Assembly (NCBI GenBank): GCA_965644295.1
Contig: CBFFRP010000430.1
Location: 124,001 to 188,000, forward strand
DNA: 64,000 bases
Reading direction: 5' to 3'
DNA from: Paraphysomonas bandaiensis
Taxonomy: Eukaryota; Protista; Chrysophyceae
The notes beneath the pieces were generated by a model. It saw only the letters and a list, made by a program, of their open reading frames with translations, was not told the DNA's origin and ran no database searches. Every line of letters begins with the position of its first letter. Positions within the stretch are counted from its first letter, which is position 1. Made by a program: the position numbers and the translations under genes. Positions 11,701-23,012 of the stretch are shown here, piece after piece.

Positions 11701-13783
11701 TTGTTGTCCGCCATGATCGCTCCTGGAATGGGTTATCCTCGGGGGTATACGGGGAGTTGAAAGTCCATGTAGCCCCTATTGATTGAAGATACTCTAGAAC
11801 TTTTCTTGATACGAGTTCCTTCCCGCCATCCGCATGATAATGTTGTAGTCGTTTCCCTTTACTACGTAGATACATGACAACTTTCTGGATGGATTGGATG
11901 ACGAAATCTTCATCTCTCGTTGGTCCGTAGGAGTCCCATTGGTGTCTGGAAGCTACATCTGTCATCCCGAGTATGTAACGGTTGCCAGTAATGATTGCCT
12001 CTGGTGCATGGGGTCCAGAAAAATCGGCTACTACTAGCTCCCCCAGCTCATTCGCTCTTCTTACACGCTTGAGCAGCATTTGTCTGATAGCGTGTCTATG
12101 TTTTCGGCGATGAGATTTACCACTAGCACAACCATCACATAGGCCACCCGGTAAAGGAGTAGCATTCATCTCCGACTTCGTTAACTTAATACCCGTTACT
12201 AATTTTGACTGTACAGCTTTCTGTATGAGTCCAATTGAAGAATGTGCCAATCTCTTATGTGCTAGAGTTGCGAGTGGGCCTGAAGCGGTTGAAGCAAGGT
12301 GGGATTCGTCAATAGGAGTACCGAGGTCTGTTAACGGAATTTCATATAGGCCTCCAACTCTCTTACCCTTTGATAGCAGTATTTCATCTTTATATATCTC
12401 AACTGATTGGTTTCCAAACAAGATTTTATACCCTAGGTCATCTAATTGGCTGATGGACACGAGTGTCCTCGAAGCATGTTCCACGTGCTTGCACTTGGGG
12501 ATAATACCAAGTCTTCCATGTCCTGAAGAGGTCATAGTCGATCCTGACTTAGCTGTTTGAATGTCGGTGAGGCATTCCTCATAATTGGTGATGTATCCGG
12601 CTTCAGGTGTGATGGAGACTGTGCAGCCAGAATCAAGGGTCCCCATTCCGGCTTCTTGATCAAAAACGAAGTTCGTTTCGTCGTTTGTTGGATATCCGAC
12701 TCCTCCGAAGTCTCGTCCTTTCTGTTGCAATGGACCACTGTCTTCATAATCTGCAAACTGGTCGGATTCGTCGTTTTCAGTGCTCTGGTGGGTCTGGAAT
12801 CTAACTTTTTTGAATTTCCTACTGGTTGATTTGTTTCCAGAGGAACTCTTCATTTGTTGGATCCTTTCCCATGAGTGTTTGCATTCTGAAGCGATGTGTC
12901 CTTTTCCATCGCATCGGAAACACTTAATGTCCTTGTCAGTTCTCTTGTCATGTTTCGGTTTATTGGAACGGTTTCTGAAAGATGTCCCCTTTTTGCGCTT
13001 GGAATTCACTTTACTTTTGAAAAATGGGGGTTTTGAGGCTGCAAGCTGAATACTGTCGGTTTTTGTTTCTTCGTTGCTTGACAAGAGCATTCCAACAGAC
13101 GAGCTTCCTAATCCGCGTAGTCTGCGTATGAGTGTTTTGTAGTCATCGATAGGGTGCATCTGCAGGTTGATCGCCAGTTCACGATACGTCATATTTTCTT
13201 TGGATACCAGGCCTTGTCGAATGCGTGAGATGAGATCTTGGTCACTTATCCGATGACCATAATTAATCAGCTTGTTTCGGAGCTTTTCGACAGCGTCAAG
13301 AAAGTTGATTATCGACTGACCTTTTTTGATTTTTATGCTCTGAAACTGGCCAATCAGATCAGTGATGACGTCGTTAGTCGTTTTTTCTTTGAAATGGTTG
13401 AGCAAGTCCGTCCAGGCGGTTTTACCGTCTCCATCGGGGACGTTCTCCAAAATCCCCTCAGCCTCTTCATTCTGACCAATGATAGAGCTTGCAATGACTG
13501 ACCATAGGTAGTTATTACCCTCATCATAATATCGTTTCGCATCCTGGTACTGTTCGAGTCGATACTGGTAGTCCTCGTCATCTGAGTTTTCTCCTGCTTC
13601 AGGCTCAATTGGGTGATCGTTCTGTAGAGTATAAACGATTTTAGGCTTGCGATAGAACCATGCACGGCACTTCTTCTGCCACCTGGAGAAGTTCTTCGCA
13701 TCGAATTTTGGCATTGAGTCCTTTCGCTTGTCGGTTGTCGAATCCGAGTCGGTTGAGTCGTAACTTGTAACTTTAACTGACAT
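8789..13783 (-). CDS. Copia gag-pol polyprotein (1664 aa)
   Basis: Zinc knuckle CFRCDGKGHIASEC, protease LDSGCT, integrase HKRLAH..CDGC with D(ADFSG)-D(HADGG)-E(QERSW), RT KARLVAQGF/YGLKQAG/YVDD, RNase H GYCDSDWA..TKHI. Confidence 0.97.
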   Translation of the reverse strand: MSVKVTSYDSTDSDSTTDKRKDSMPKFDAKNFSRWQKKCRAWFYRKPKIVYTLQNDHPIEPEAGENSDDEDYQYRLEQYQDAKRYYDEGNNYLWSVIASSIIGQNEEAEGILENVPDGDGKTAWTDLLNHFKEKTTNDVITDLIGQFQSIKIKKGQSIINFLDAVEKLRNKLINYGHRISDQDLISRIRQGLVSKENMTYRELAINLQMHPIDDYKTLIRRLRGLGSSSVGMLLSSNEETKTDSIQLAASKPPFFKSKVNSKRKKGTSFRNRSNKPKHDKRTDKDIKCFRCDGKGHIASECKHSWERIQQMKSSSGNKSTSRKFKKVRFQTHQSTENDESDQFADYEDSGPLQQKGRDFGGVGYPTNDETNFVFDQEAGMGTLDSGCTVSITPEAGYITNYEECLTDIQTAKSGSTMTSSGHGRLGIIPKCKHVEHASRTLVSISQLDDLGYKILFGNQSVEIYKDEILLSKGKRVGGLYEIPLTDLGTPIDESHLASTASGPLATLAHKRLAHSSIGLIQKAVQSKLVTGIKLTKSEMNATPLPGGLCDGCASGKSHRRKHRHAIRQMLLKRVRRANELGELVVADFSGPHAPEAIITGNRYILGMTDVASRHQWDSYGPTRDEDFVIQSIQKVVMYLRSKGKRLQHYHADGGKELVSRKVLEYLQSIGATWTFNSPYTPEDNPFQERSWRTTKERALSSLIDSGLPPNFWEQASRATIHIKNRLPCQTAKGFMSPLQFIENEIPDLSYARIWGCKCFVNIDSSLRKNNWDRHSWPGYFMGYREDGPGYIVFVPALRDFVMSGHVFFNECVPPADKRYFKEINEIFRENETSRTVESFKYLIGLAHVDPDDGLTYVTTQIKLRKGLIAAYRGLVDDSGDKTRLIQLDDPIHAADVEKYTEEYIELKAVGLKCITSRSKTPIHKSSKSDQDPDTVIGSPAPAATSRGSGENLRHHDAAQERISSHRCEPTHSDAKIAKTRPPKQFNGNLVPNPAPHGQVDRVHQRMAKRGNKSADSSGDWENQGTPEGPSKVRATAKQQFLAGRKSVLRSRRMARKRVIVNIHKLGDGVYTCDVNAKHVLNHMAHDTQCISKLHTNNIDIVMHAISNCDDIDELTDTPKSVQDAISGKYKQQWIDAINREISTLQRKGCWRYTALPPGARAIKGKLIFKIKRKQNDIKFKARLVAQGFTQIQGIDYNDTYSPVAKATSLRTIIALSTIMKLKLHQIDFTTAYINADLEEDIYMHPPPGMDVPDGKVLKLMKSIYGLKQAGLNWYKCCTYFMLDMGFTRLISDPCIFKKQINGRIMLIAMYVDDIIIASTSDTDIQQFKDHLSKKFEITDLGLLDYYLGISIHQDFDKNITTLSQEQYVRKLLDKFNMSNCKPMSTPMLLSFNYDLHEYNHLSESNQSYVQNFPYKELIGSLMYLAVCTRPDIAYAVNTLARFSDMPNLTTCNAALHVLRYLKGTAKQGLIYSGSHITLSGYCDSDWARCHLTRRSTTAFTFFIGNCLISWQSRLQTTVALSSTEAEYMALSSAAQEALWLRSLLSEIGFKLPFSTTIWCDNKGAVQLCYNPTHHRRTKHIAIRYHFIRENIAENQLTVDHIPTTSMLADLLTKPLGATNFLQLRTTLMGGAGFDIPSSSNRKRSTTSETPKSQLTSHKRPRWLV

Positions 13784-13793
13784 CTCGCTACCA

Positions 13794-14057
13794 AATAAAG
13801 AATTGATCTTTATAATAGTAAAACAATGTTGTGATTATTAGAGTGTAAGTAATGAACACGATAGAGTGAAAATTATGAATAACAATATAGGACGTACTAT
13901 CATGCACAACGGAATAGTTAGAAGTGTAACTGATAATGACGACGTTATGATGACGATCACGTATCTTCGACAGATACTCTCTCTAATTCAGTTCATGGTG
14001 TATTTCATTGAACATTATAACTCACAGATACAATCATGTATTAAGCTGAATCCTAAT
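13794..14057 (-). repeat. 5' LTR of copia element
   Basis: Identical by eye to 8325-8588; abuts the PBS. Confidence 0.95.
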
Positions 14058-14580
14058 CTTTATAAATTGAAACGTGTATAGTGTTGCAATATTTGTTATA
14101 ATAACATTTTTATTACATTTTATTGTGAATAGGTAAACAACATTTTTCTTGTAATAAAAGTGTATGAAAAAATGTAATGTATAATATTGGAAGCACTTGT
14201 ACATACATACACAGTCACACGATAGGGGCAAAGTCAGTATAAATTAATAGTGTTTACAGTCACGGTTACACGGTAAGGGTCGAAGACCCCCCCCTCTCTC
14301 TGTGTGTTAAGGGGTTTGGGTTTTTAACTAAAACTCAACGGGTGTGTAAGTTTTATCTCAATCATTTGTTATTTATTCATGATAATAATTCACAATTCTA
14401 TTACAAAACTTTTGTTTATCAATTGATGTGTATGAGCGATGTTGTTGGTTTACATTCATTGTAAGTGCTCGCTCGGTTTTGCTTGCAAGGCCACAAACAA
14501 TCAATGTTGTACTCTTCGATTGTGGCTTGTGAACTTATAAGTCGGTATACCACCACAGGGGTATACCACCACAGGTATGC

Positions 14581-15030
14581 CTACTTTCCACTTCCAATTG
14601 ATAATTTTAAAGCCGAACTTTCGTATGCTGCCAGAATCTGAGACAATATACCTTGAATAGTACCTTTTTCAGGTTGAAACATGCTCTGTTCACTCACGCT
14701 GTTAATATCAATAGAAAATTGAGCAATCTGACCGCGAACGTATTCAGAATCTTTCATGCGGCGATTGTCAAGAGCGCTGTGTACTCTAGCATTTCTTTGT
14801 TGAACTATCAAATCCAAGTCATACGCACCAAACTTGTCGACACCGATATTGTTAAAAAGAGTGGACACTTCAATCTCCAGTGCTTTAGCTTTGGTTTTGA
14901 ATTGAAGTTCGTCGGGAGAGTCTAAAATCGGGTCCTCATCAATTGGACGATTGATTATCTACCCTTCCTGGACCATCATCGTCTGTGAAAGAAGCCACTG
15001 CGTCCTGAATTTTCTCTTCTTCACTGAACC
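14581..15030 (-). pseudogene. Decayed coding fragment of unknown origin
   Basis: Protein-like frame (...SVKKRKFRTQWLL..*IINRPIDEDPILD...STLFNNIG...) with an internal stop and no clear start. Confidence 0.3.
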
Positions 15031-15154
15031 TGATCATTTACCCTTTCATAGGCCATAGATACATCTCAGTATAGGTATATAGGTATACCAGTGCCTGTTA
15101 TTCACCCAAACCATGTATGGTAATTTTAGTGCCTCTCATCGACAAGTGGACTTG

Positions 15155-15650
15155 CGTATCGGTATCCTTCGTACATTTTTGTTCAAAGATGCCTCTAATA
15201 CTGAGACAACAATTATCTGTATTTCAGCCGTAGTTATAGCTCAGTAATATAGAAGATTTTTGATTCAATTTATTTCCGAAAAATAAGATGCTGACTGCCG
15301 ATACGTTTCCATAAAAATGGACTCCACTTCTGTATATGGTGGTATAGTACGGTATACCGTATACTCTCACAATATGCATCATTTATATGTAGAAAACTCC
15401 GATATTTCGATCCTATTCCGAAAAGTAGCGTTATTTCACCCCTCTTTTGTTGCCCTCTATTAAAAATTGCTATTTTTGTGAAGCAGTATTCTCAGATATT
15501 CGTATCGGCATCCTTTGTGTATTTTTCTTCCAAGATGCCTCTAATATTGAGACAACAATTATTTGTATTCCAGCCGTACATGTACTTCAGTAATATAGAT
15601 GTTTTCTGATTCAATAATTTTCCGAAAAATAACATGCATACGTTTCCCTA
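15155..15650. repeat. Diverged ~150-bp direct duplication (15155-15310 vs 15500-15650)
   Basis: Both copies contain CGTATCGG.ATCCTT..AAGATGCCTCTAATA.TGAGACAACAATTAT.TGTATT.CAGCCGTA..TTTCCGAAAAATAA. Confidence 0.8.
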
Positions 15651-15811
15651 TATTTCCAATATTTTCCCTACAATGGACTTTCTGTCCACATGAGGACATT
15701 ATAGCAGTGTATGAATCCATCATCATATAGATATGGAGCACACTCACTCTCATATCACTCCATCTCTACATACATACATAGATACATACATAGATATATA
15801 CATCCATACAT

Positions 15812-17747
15812 ATGTCAATCAGTGACTCAGTTGTATTAATCGGAGATATAACCCCCAATAACTTCATAAGTACACAAGATATCGTAACATGGGCAAAAGA
15901 TCATCCCGCATCTAACTCTACCCTACCAGGTACCCCTCTTCTCTACACCATCCCCTCTATACACCCCTATTACACAGTGAAGAGGATAGCACTTACAGAT
16001 GAAGCTTGTGCTCTATTATCTTCATCTGGAGAGGTATTTTCTTGGGGGAAACAGGGTATTAACGGTCATGGGGAGACTACAGCTGCAGTGACTATACCCC
16101 GTCGTGTGGAAGGATTAGTATCTCATACCATAACTGATATATCAGCTGGTAAACAACACTATATATGTAATTCATCCACTGGTAAGTTGTTTTCATGGGG
16201 TACGGGGGAGTTTGTACTTGGACACGGGCAAGGGCTCTCTACTCTATCATATCCCACACTAATACAGAGTGTTTATGGAATAAATTTCAAACGAGTGGAA
16301 TGTAATGACTTTAACTCATTTGCTTTGACCGATGATGGAACGGTATACTCATGGGGCGTAAATGCATCGTCATTGGGAACTGGGGGAGCTGGAAAAGGCG
16401 TACCGTGTCTAATTAATGGGTTTTCGGACCCTGTGACAGACATCTATGCAGGTCCGACACATGTTGCTGCAATTTCAAAAAGTGGGGTGTATATGTGGGG
16501 AGAGAATAACTTTGGCCAGTGTGATCCAAATAATTTAGAGCTTAAGGTCGTCTCAGTTCCATGTCGAGTGGAGTTTACCTCTAGTCAGAAGGAAGTAGTT
16601 AAGGCTGCGTTGGGGAGTGGGTTCTCTTTAGTGCTGGCATATGATGGAACAATATACGCGTGGGGTCGTAACAGCGAAGGCCAACTAGGACTCGGTCATA
16701 TGCGCTCACCTTGCCACCCGACTTTAGTTAGTGCCCTTGCATCTAGACGAGCTGTCGATATATTCGCCGGGCATATGTTCTCAAGTTGCTTAATTGCCGC
16801 CACTAAACCAGAGCTATTCACCTGGGGCTTAAACACCAAAAAAGTTTTGGGTCATACGGAGGAGCAGACTTTATCAGTGCCGCGGCAGGTGACTCCAAAT
16901 TTTACTTCTGAGTCTCATATCAGTGAGGTTTATTTCCCTCGATCCGCTAAGTTTACTGCAGTGGCAGTGTGTCGCAGTAAAGTTTCTGCGTTGACAGAGT
17001 CTGACGCAAAGGCTGAGTGTTTGAATGACATTATAAAATTATTTAATGACAACGTGCATAGTGATTTGGTAATTTCTGTTCAAGAAAAGAAAATTTTTGT
17101 TTCTAAGGTATATATCTCTATAAAGGATATCTCATTCAATACCTAACATGTGTATTCACAAAATACAGTTCATTTTGTGTGCCCGTAGTGAATACTTTCG
17201 AGGATTATTTGCTTCTGGTATGAAGGAAGAAGCAAATGCATGTGTGGAAATTGAAGATTTTTCGTACGAAAGTGTCCTTGAAATGCTGCGTTTCCTGTAC
17301 AGCGGGCAGGCAACGATTACGGAGGTTAGAATGCTTTAGATATACCTGGATAAATCTAAATGACTATTTATTTCTCAGAGCAATGCTATGTCTATTCTTG
17401 CGGTGTCTCAGAAGTATTTAATCCGAGGCTTAGCTGCTCTTGCTGAAGATTATATTTTGGGGCACGTCAATACAGACACGGCAATTGAAATCTATATAGC
17501 ATCGAGTGCTTTGAATTACACTCATATGACTGAAAATGTGGCAAATTACATTGCACGGCACTGGAAAGCAATGGCAAGGTTAGTGAAGGTGCTCTTATTT
17601 TTATACAGTACTAACATCTGGAATGTAAACGGTGATAGACATCCGAGCCTTCATAAATTGCCACATGATTTGCTGCTGGAATTAGTACAGCTAGCGGCAA
17701 GTGTGGAAGATACTACAAATCAGAGTGACGAAGAGGTGAACTCATAA
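15812..17747 (+). CDS. RCC1-repeat and BTB/POZ domain protein (RCBTB-like), 4 exons
   Basis: Multiple VFSWG/YAWGRNSEGQLGLG RCC1 repeats and a BTB domain (SDLVISV..ILCARSEYFRGLF..MKE..LRFLYSG). Introns at ~17108-17168, 17325-17378 and 17579-17638. Confidence 0.9.
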
Positions 17748-18397
17748 GCCTTATTGGAGTTATTGTTTGTTGAAACTAATAAATAGTTCAATTTAAACAA
17801 GTATTTTTTTTCGAATCGTACCACCGTTAATACCTACATGTCATACTACGCTGTACCATAATAGTTTATCTTACCTGTTATACATGATATGTAAAATGCA
17901 TATGGCCATTGATTCTCTAAAAACAGAGGGATGGAGGATTATTGCAACGTAATATCATTGATCTTGTGGTTACGTGGTTACTATTAACTATTAACAGTAC
18001 TATAATTTATAGTATCAACTAATACCACTAAGTACAGACTAAATGGCTACACAATTGTGTAAAATCGTTGCAGTATATGTAGCTTCTCCCCGATTGGCAG
18101 TTGTTGATTTAAAAGGTGCATTCCATTGTATATCTCATATAAGTTCTGGGCGTACAGTCGAAGTAGGTACGGCTTATCGACAGCAGGGATGCCCTATTTC
18201 GATAGTGTGAATACAGTGTAGGTGTGTAGGCTGGCACACTACATATAGTACTAAGACATGGCATCCACCCATCATGTTCATCACTTTGACTCCCGCAGAT
18301 TCTGCACGAACCACCATCGCCCCCACCCGTGTTCGTATTTATCAAACGGAAGTCTGACAGGATGACCAGATACGAATTATCATTACAACGATCGCAC

Positions 18398-18961
18398 TTA
18401 TGTAAGTAATTCCATAACTCGTCTTGCAACATCACGGTTGAATCCTTCACAATCTCTATTATCATGCTGCAATACAGTCTTTACAAACCGGTGAGATAAG
18501 CCATTCATCTCAAAGCTTTGCTCGTGACTATCGTCTATTATAACACATCGATCATCACTTACAGAATGATCTTTCATCCATTCTCTAATCTCTGCACCTC
18601 TACCAAGTAAACTTGATATAGATGGTGTATCTCCTGCATATACGTCATCTACAGGTATACCACTCTGATATAATGCTTCAAGAAAGAATTCTTTATATGA
18701 TGCTTCTAACCGCCATGTTGAAGTTATTATGAGTTGAATTTGATATTGAGGTTGATCTATAATAAACTTCAAGTTGTGAATGTATTCTTTCTCAAGTGGG
18801 GTGATACAGTCAGTTAGATGGGGGCATATACGCTCACAGATGTATAGAGATGAATCTTGTAGATTATAAGTGTGTAGAAGACATCGTGATGTGGTAAATA
18901 CACCATCTATGTCGATGAATATGTAGTATGGATTAGTTGGAGGAGTGGTGGTTGGTTCCAT
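18398..18961 (-). CDS. HAD-superfamily phosphatase, HAD_SAK_2-like (Swiss-Army-Knife RNA-repair-associated type)
   Basis: Motif I IFIDIDGV, motif II ITSTWR, RGAEIREWM, motif IV VIIDD. Likely start MEPTTT at 18961. Confidence 0.75.
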   Translation of the reverse strand: MEPTTTPPTNPYYIFIDIDGVFTTSRCLLHTYNLQDSSLYICERICPHLTDCITPLEKEYIHNLKFIIDQPQYQIQLIITSTWRLEASYKEFFLEALYQSGIPVDDVYAGDTPSISSLLGRGAEIREWMKDHSVSDDRCVIIDDSHEQSFEMNGLSHRFVKTVLQHDNRDCEGFNRDVARRVMELLT

Positions 18962-19563
18962 GTATGTGGATGTGTCTTGTGAGTTATTGTAATGTGCTGT
19001 ACACACTATGCCATACCATACTTACACATACATAACTGTACGTACATACATATATAGTGCATGCAGCAGTACAGCAGTGGAGCTGTGTACAGTATATGTA
19101 CAGTAGGAGTAGAGTACTTTATCTGTGTGTGTTTTTTACAGCAATTTGTACTGTAAAATAATAGAGTTATACCCCCTCGTAAAAATACCGTCTTAATAAG
19201 AAAACTAGGATATTTATAGGAAAACCATATTATTTATAAGAAAAACAGGCTTTATTTAGGTTTGTCTACACACCATATTACACCAGTAGGGTCTATCTGT
19301 ACATTGTGTATTACTATAGTATACATAGGCCTGTACACCACATACATACACATACATACATATACACTGTACATACATACCAGCCAGAGATGCCCATAAT
19401 TTAGGTATGGATATGCTCGTAGAGTAGATAACAGCAGCACCTACCTCTCATATCATCAACTAATTCCCATCACATTCATCCCCTTCATAAAACCATCTTA
19501 TATTATGATTTCTTAACACATTACTGTTCTTCATATTCAATTACTCGAGTCATATATATATAT

Positions 19564-22053
19564 ATGGGATCTACAGAGACTCCACAGCCATATGAGCTCT
19601 ATAGAGAGTGTAATGATCGTATAGTATGCTTTAATCGACATAATAAAGTGATATATCATCATGAATTTCATTATAATGATCTTTTAAATTCATTATCATC
19701 CATATACTCACCTCTTTACTTTATTCTATTGACTCTATCTATATACATATCGAGGACTTCAGATATCATCATAGCCATGTTTATATCCTCTGCTCTAATG
19801 TGCTGTTGGTATGTAATATGTGATATTAAGGAGTTTATCTATAGGAGAAATCGTACTGGTAGTGTTCATAAGCAGCCAATGAGAGCATTTTGTGAAGATG
19901 AATCCAATATGGCTGACATAAATGTTGCCAATTGTCATATAAAAATTCGTAAAGTTAAAGTTGTTGATTCTGGCGATCCATCTTTTCAGATTACAGTTAC
20001 GTACAGATCAAAGCGGTGGAACGTTTGGAGGTACGTATTGTTTGACAGATCTTGCTATGTAAACTTAACTACTTTTCCAGGGTGTTCAATGAGTTTACGA
20101 CGGCACAAAAACAACTAAAGATAGATTTTCCAACATGTTAGTATGTCTTCTACTTATACTTTTTTCTCTGACAAGCTTCGTCTCACCTTTCAGTGCCTAT
20201 CATGGCACTTGTGACCCCTCTCTCTCGCTCCGCTGTGGGTTCAACAAACACAGCTGCAGTAGGTGATCAACATCGCAGCCTCGTCCAGCAACAGGTTATT
20301 GAATATGTCTTTGATGTCTTCTAAAGTCGGTACAGATAGCTATAACTGAGTGGCTGCATGCGGTGATGGAAGTCCATATCATATGCAACCATATCGAGAT
20401 CCGACGACTTCTCGGTCTACCAAAGTATATGCACAGGTACGCATTGATTGCCTAGATTTGCTGTTATAAATATCGATTATTTTGTCGACAGCAACCGCTA
20501 TGGGTCCATGTATCTTCCCCCGTATGTTCTGAAGGCCAGACAAGCCGCCCTCTCACCTGCCCGTGCGCAGGGACTTAGCAGTATGCAGCACCTTAATCCC
20601 ACTATATCATCCCTTACACACGGTGTGGGGTATATCCCACTAGGTGCATCTCCAACGACAAGCAATTCTACTACCACCACTCACACGCAAAGTCCTCCCG
20701 CTGAGGGCGCTCGAATGCATCCTATGAGTCTTCTGAGCGGCATAATAGGGGGAGTGCAGAGCAAGCAACCGCAGGGACGACAACAAAGTCCAAGCCCACC
20801 CACCCCATCTCCTCCTCCTCCAAAGCCCGAAGTCCCTACTACCGGAGCTAACAGCAATGCTCGCGCATATCCACACATACGGGGGTCTAGTTGGCTGGAT
20901 GTGGAATTCACTGACCAAAGCCCTGTGGACCGGGGAATGTATCGAGACCTACGAATGGATCATGCCTTCCAGGTGAGAGGCAAGAACTACACTGTCGACA
21001 AGAAGAAAGTACATACCGGTAAGAATGGTGGTGTTTATTTCAGTTTGCTCGTTCGTGATACTGGACGTGGATATACGTAGGTCCAGCAGTCTGTAGACTG
21101 GTTTGTATGGATCTTTATGAGGTGGAGGAGGGTGTGCGCCACGACCACATTGCCTCTATGGGCCGTCTTAAGGACCGCGTGGAAGCACTCAAGCATATCG
21201 CAGAGCCACCGCAGCTGTTCATAGTAAATTTTCAAATACCTGGAGATCCCCCTATTAGCATCGTTTCCATATTTGCCGCTCCACCCAGTATTACAGAATT
21301 GAGTCCAGATGACTCAGAAGACACCATATGTTACAAAAAAATGTGGGCCGCTTATGTAAAGGACATATGTGAGTCGGAGGAAGACAGGCGAGCATTGTGG
21401 GGTATCGATCGCGGATCAGAGGTTCCCTCATCATCAGCGGCAGGGGCGTCTGAACAGGGCTGGAAATTCCCGAGTGATATAACGTGGGGGGAGCCGCATG
21501 AACCGGGAGTATATCCTATCACTGACTTCAAGAACATGCGGTAGGTGTTACTGGGTACTCAAATGATCCTGATGGAGTTGCAGGTTCAAGCTTATTCCTT
21601 CTGTTGCGGAGGGGAATTGGATGGTTCGGTCTGCTGTCCCTGGTGCAAAGCCGGCACTTCTTGGACAGAAGTTGCAGCAAAGGTACTTTAGAGGTCCTAA
21701 CTACGTGGAGACAGATGTAGATGTAGGATCAAGTGTTATCGCATCACGTATTGTCGGGTTGTTGAGGTATGTATACTACCACTAATGCCTATAATATCTG
21801 ATTGCTGAATGTCGGAACTGTTTTTGCATTGCAGAGGCTATGCCAAGGAGTTCGTTTGTCATGTTGGTAAGAATTGTTGTTCAGTTGTGCTATTATGACT
21901 GAATATTTTCACATTTGTGCAGGAATTGTTTTACAAGGGGAGTGTGAAGACGAATTGCCGGAAAGGATGCTGGCGTGTGTTGTTATTAATAAGGTAGACT
22001 GTGATCAGTCGAAAAAGTTATATGACAGGAAAGGCGGTAGGGAAAAGAGTTGA
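19564..22053 (+). CDS. Membrane-anchored PX-like plus EDR2 C-terminal (DUF1336) domain protein, multi-exon
   Basis: Two N-terminal TM segments and a PX-like WNVWR motif. EDR2-C motifs FQVRGKNY..DKKKV, FIVNFQIPG, RFKLIP, KPALLGQK, YFRGPNYVETDVDVGSS, LQGE.EDELPERML. Stop TGA at 22051-22053. Confidence 0.8.
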
Positions 22054-22662
22054 GTCAACTTCTAAGTATTCCAATTATGTAGTACGTTGCATAGTATATT
22101 CATTGCGTAATTGTAGGGGTGAGCGTTGCATGTATTCAGTATGTTTTCCACTGTGAATTCAGCTTGTTGTATTTCAGTCGTAATAATCCGTGCTTTATTA
22201 TCTGAATATTCGCATAATTGCAATCCTCTGCATTCGTTCGGTGTTCTCCCTCTATGCGTTTCACGTTCTAACACGCAATCACATTGCTTGGCGGTCAGCG
22301 TAGCATTAGAGAACTTTAACTATGAAATTGCCCAGTAGTCTAACACAGAGGCTCTGTAGTTATATATATATTTTGCAAGTGATGAGAGTTGCGATATGTG
22401 AAACGTACCCATTGTAGGAAGAAAAGAATGATTACTATACACTATAGATTATAGATGGCTATATAGTAAATAGTAATTATGACGAGTGATAGGACTGGTG
22501 GACATATGAGAAGGAAAACAGAAATATTATGTGATGAATATTTAGATGAATTATTATGAGGAGTTTAGATGAATGATTACCATTTTCTTTGAAAGCTGTG
22601 TGTGAAACAGAAATACATAGTTAGCTTCAGTAGTATGATATATTATATTGAAAGTTTTACTA

Positions 22663-23012
22663 TTAGAAATAGGCGTTAAAAACCTGCACCAACTTAGTAG
22701 CTAGATGAATGCTAGACAAACTAGTTAGACCTCTACCTGTAACTAATCAGTACACACTTTTTTATCCTACTATTTTACGCTCCGAAAGCTGCTTGTGCGT
22801 CGCCGCAAGCACCAAGGTGCGACCACTTCCGCTCTGAGTTCTTAAGGTGAACATCCCGGATGCTTGACTTCATCAGGCAGCCCAATACCCCGGTTACCCT
22901 TCAGGTGGGTCCATTAACGGATGCCTGTTTATTCGTCAGGGCCCAAAGACGTCTACACAAGTGACACTTATTGGTGTCCCTTGTACCACACAAGCATTCG
23001 GCTATGAGTGGG
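22663..23012 (-). repeat. Dispersed repeat family S copy
   Basis: Matches 7786-7965 and 44520-44725. Confidence 0.8.

Larger units (their letters stand above)
8325..14057 (-). mobile_element. Full-length Ty1/copia LTR retrotransposon
   Basis: 264-bp direct repeats at 8325-8588 and 13794-14057. PBS TGGTAGCGAG (13793-13784, minus strand), PPT TGAGGGGGCG next to the left LTR, and a single gag-pol ORF in the order PR-IN-RT-RH. Confidence 0.97.
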
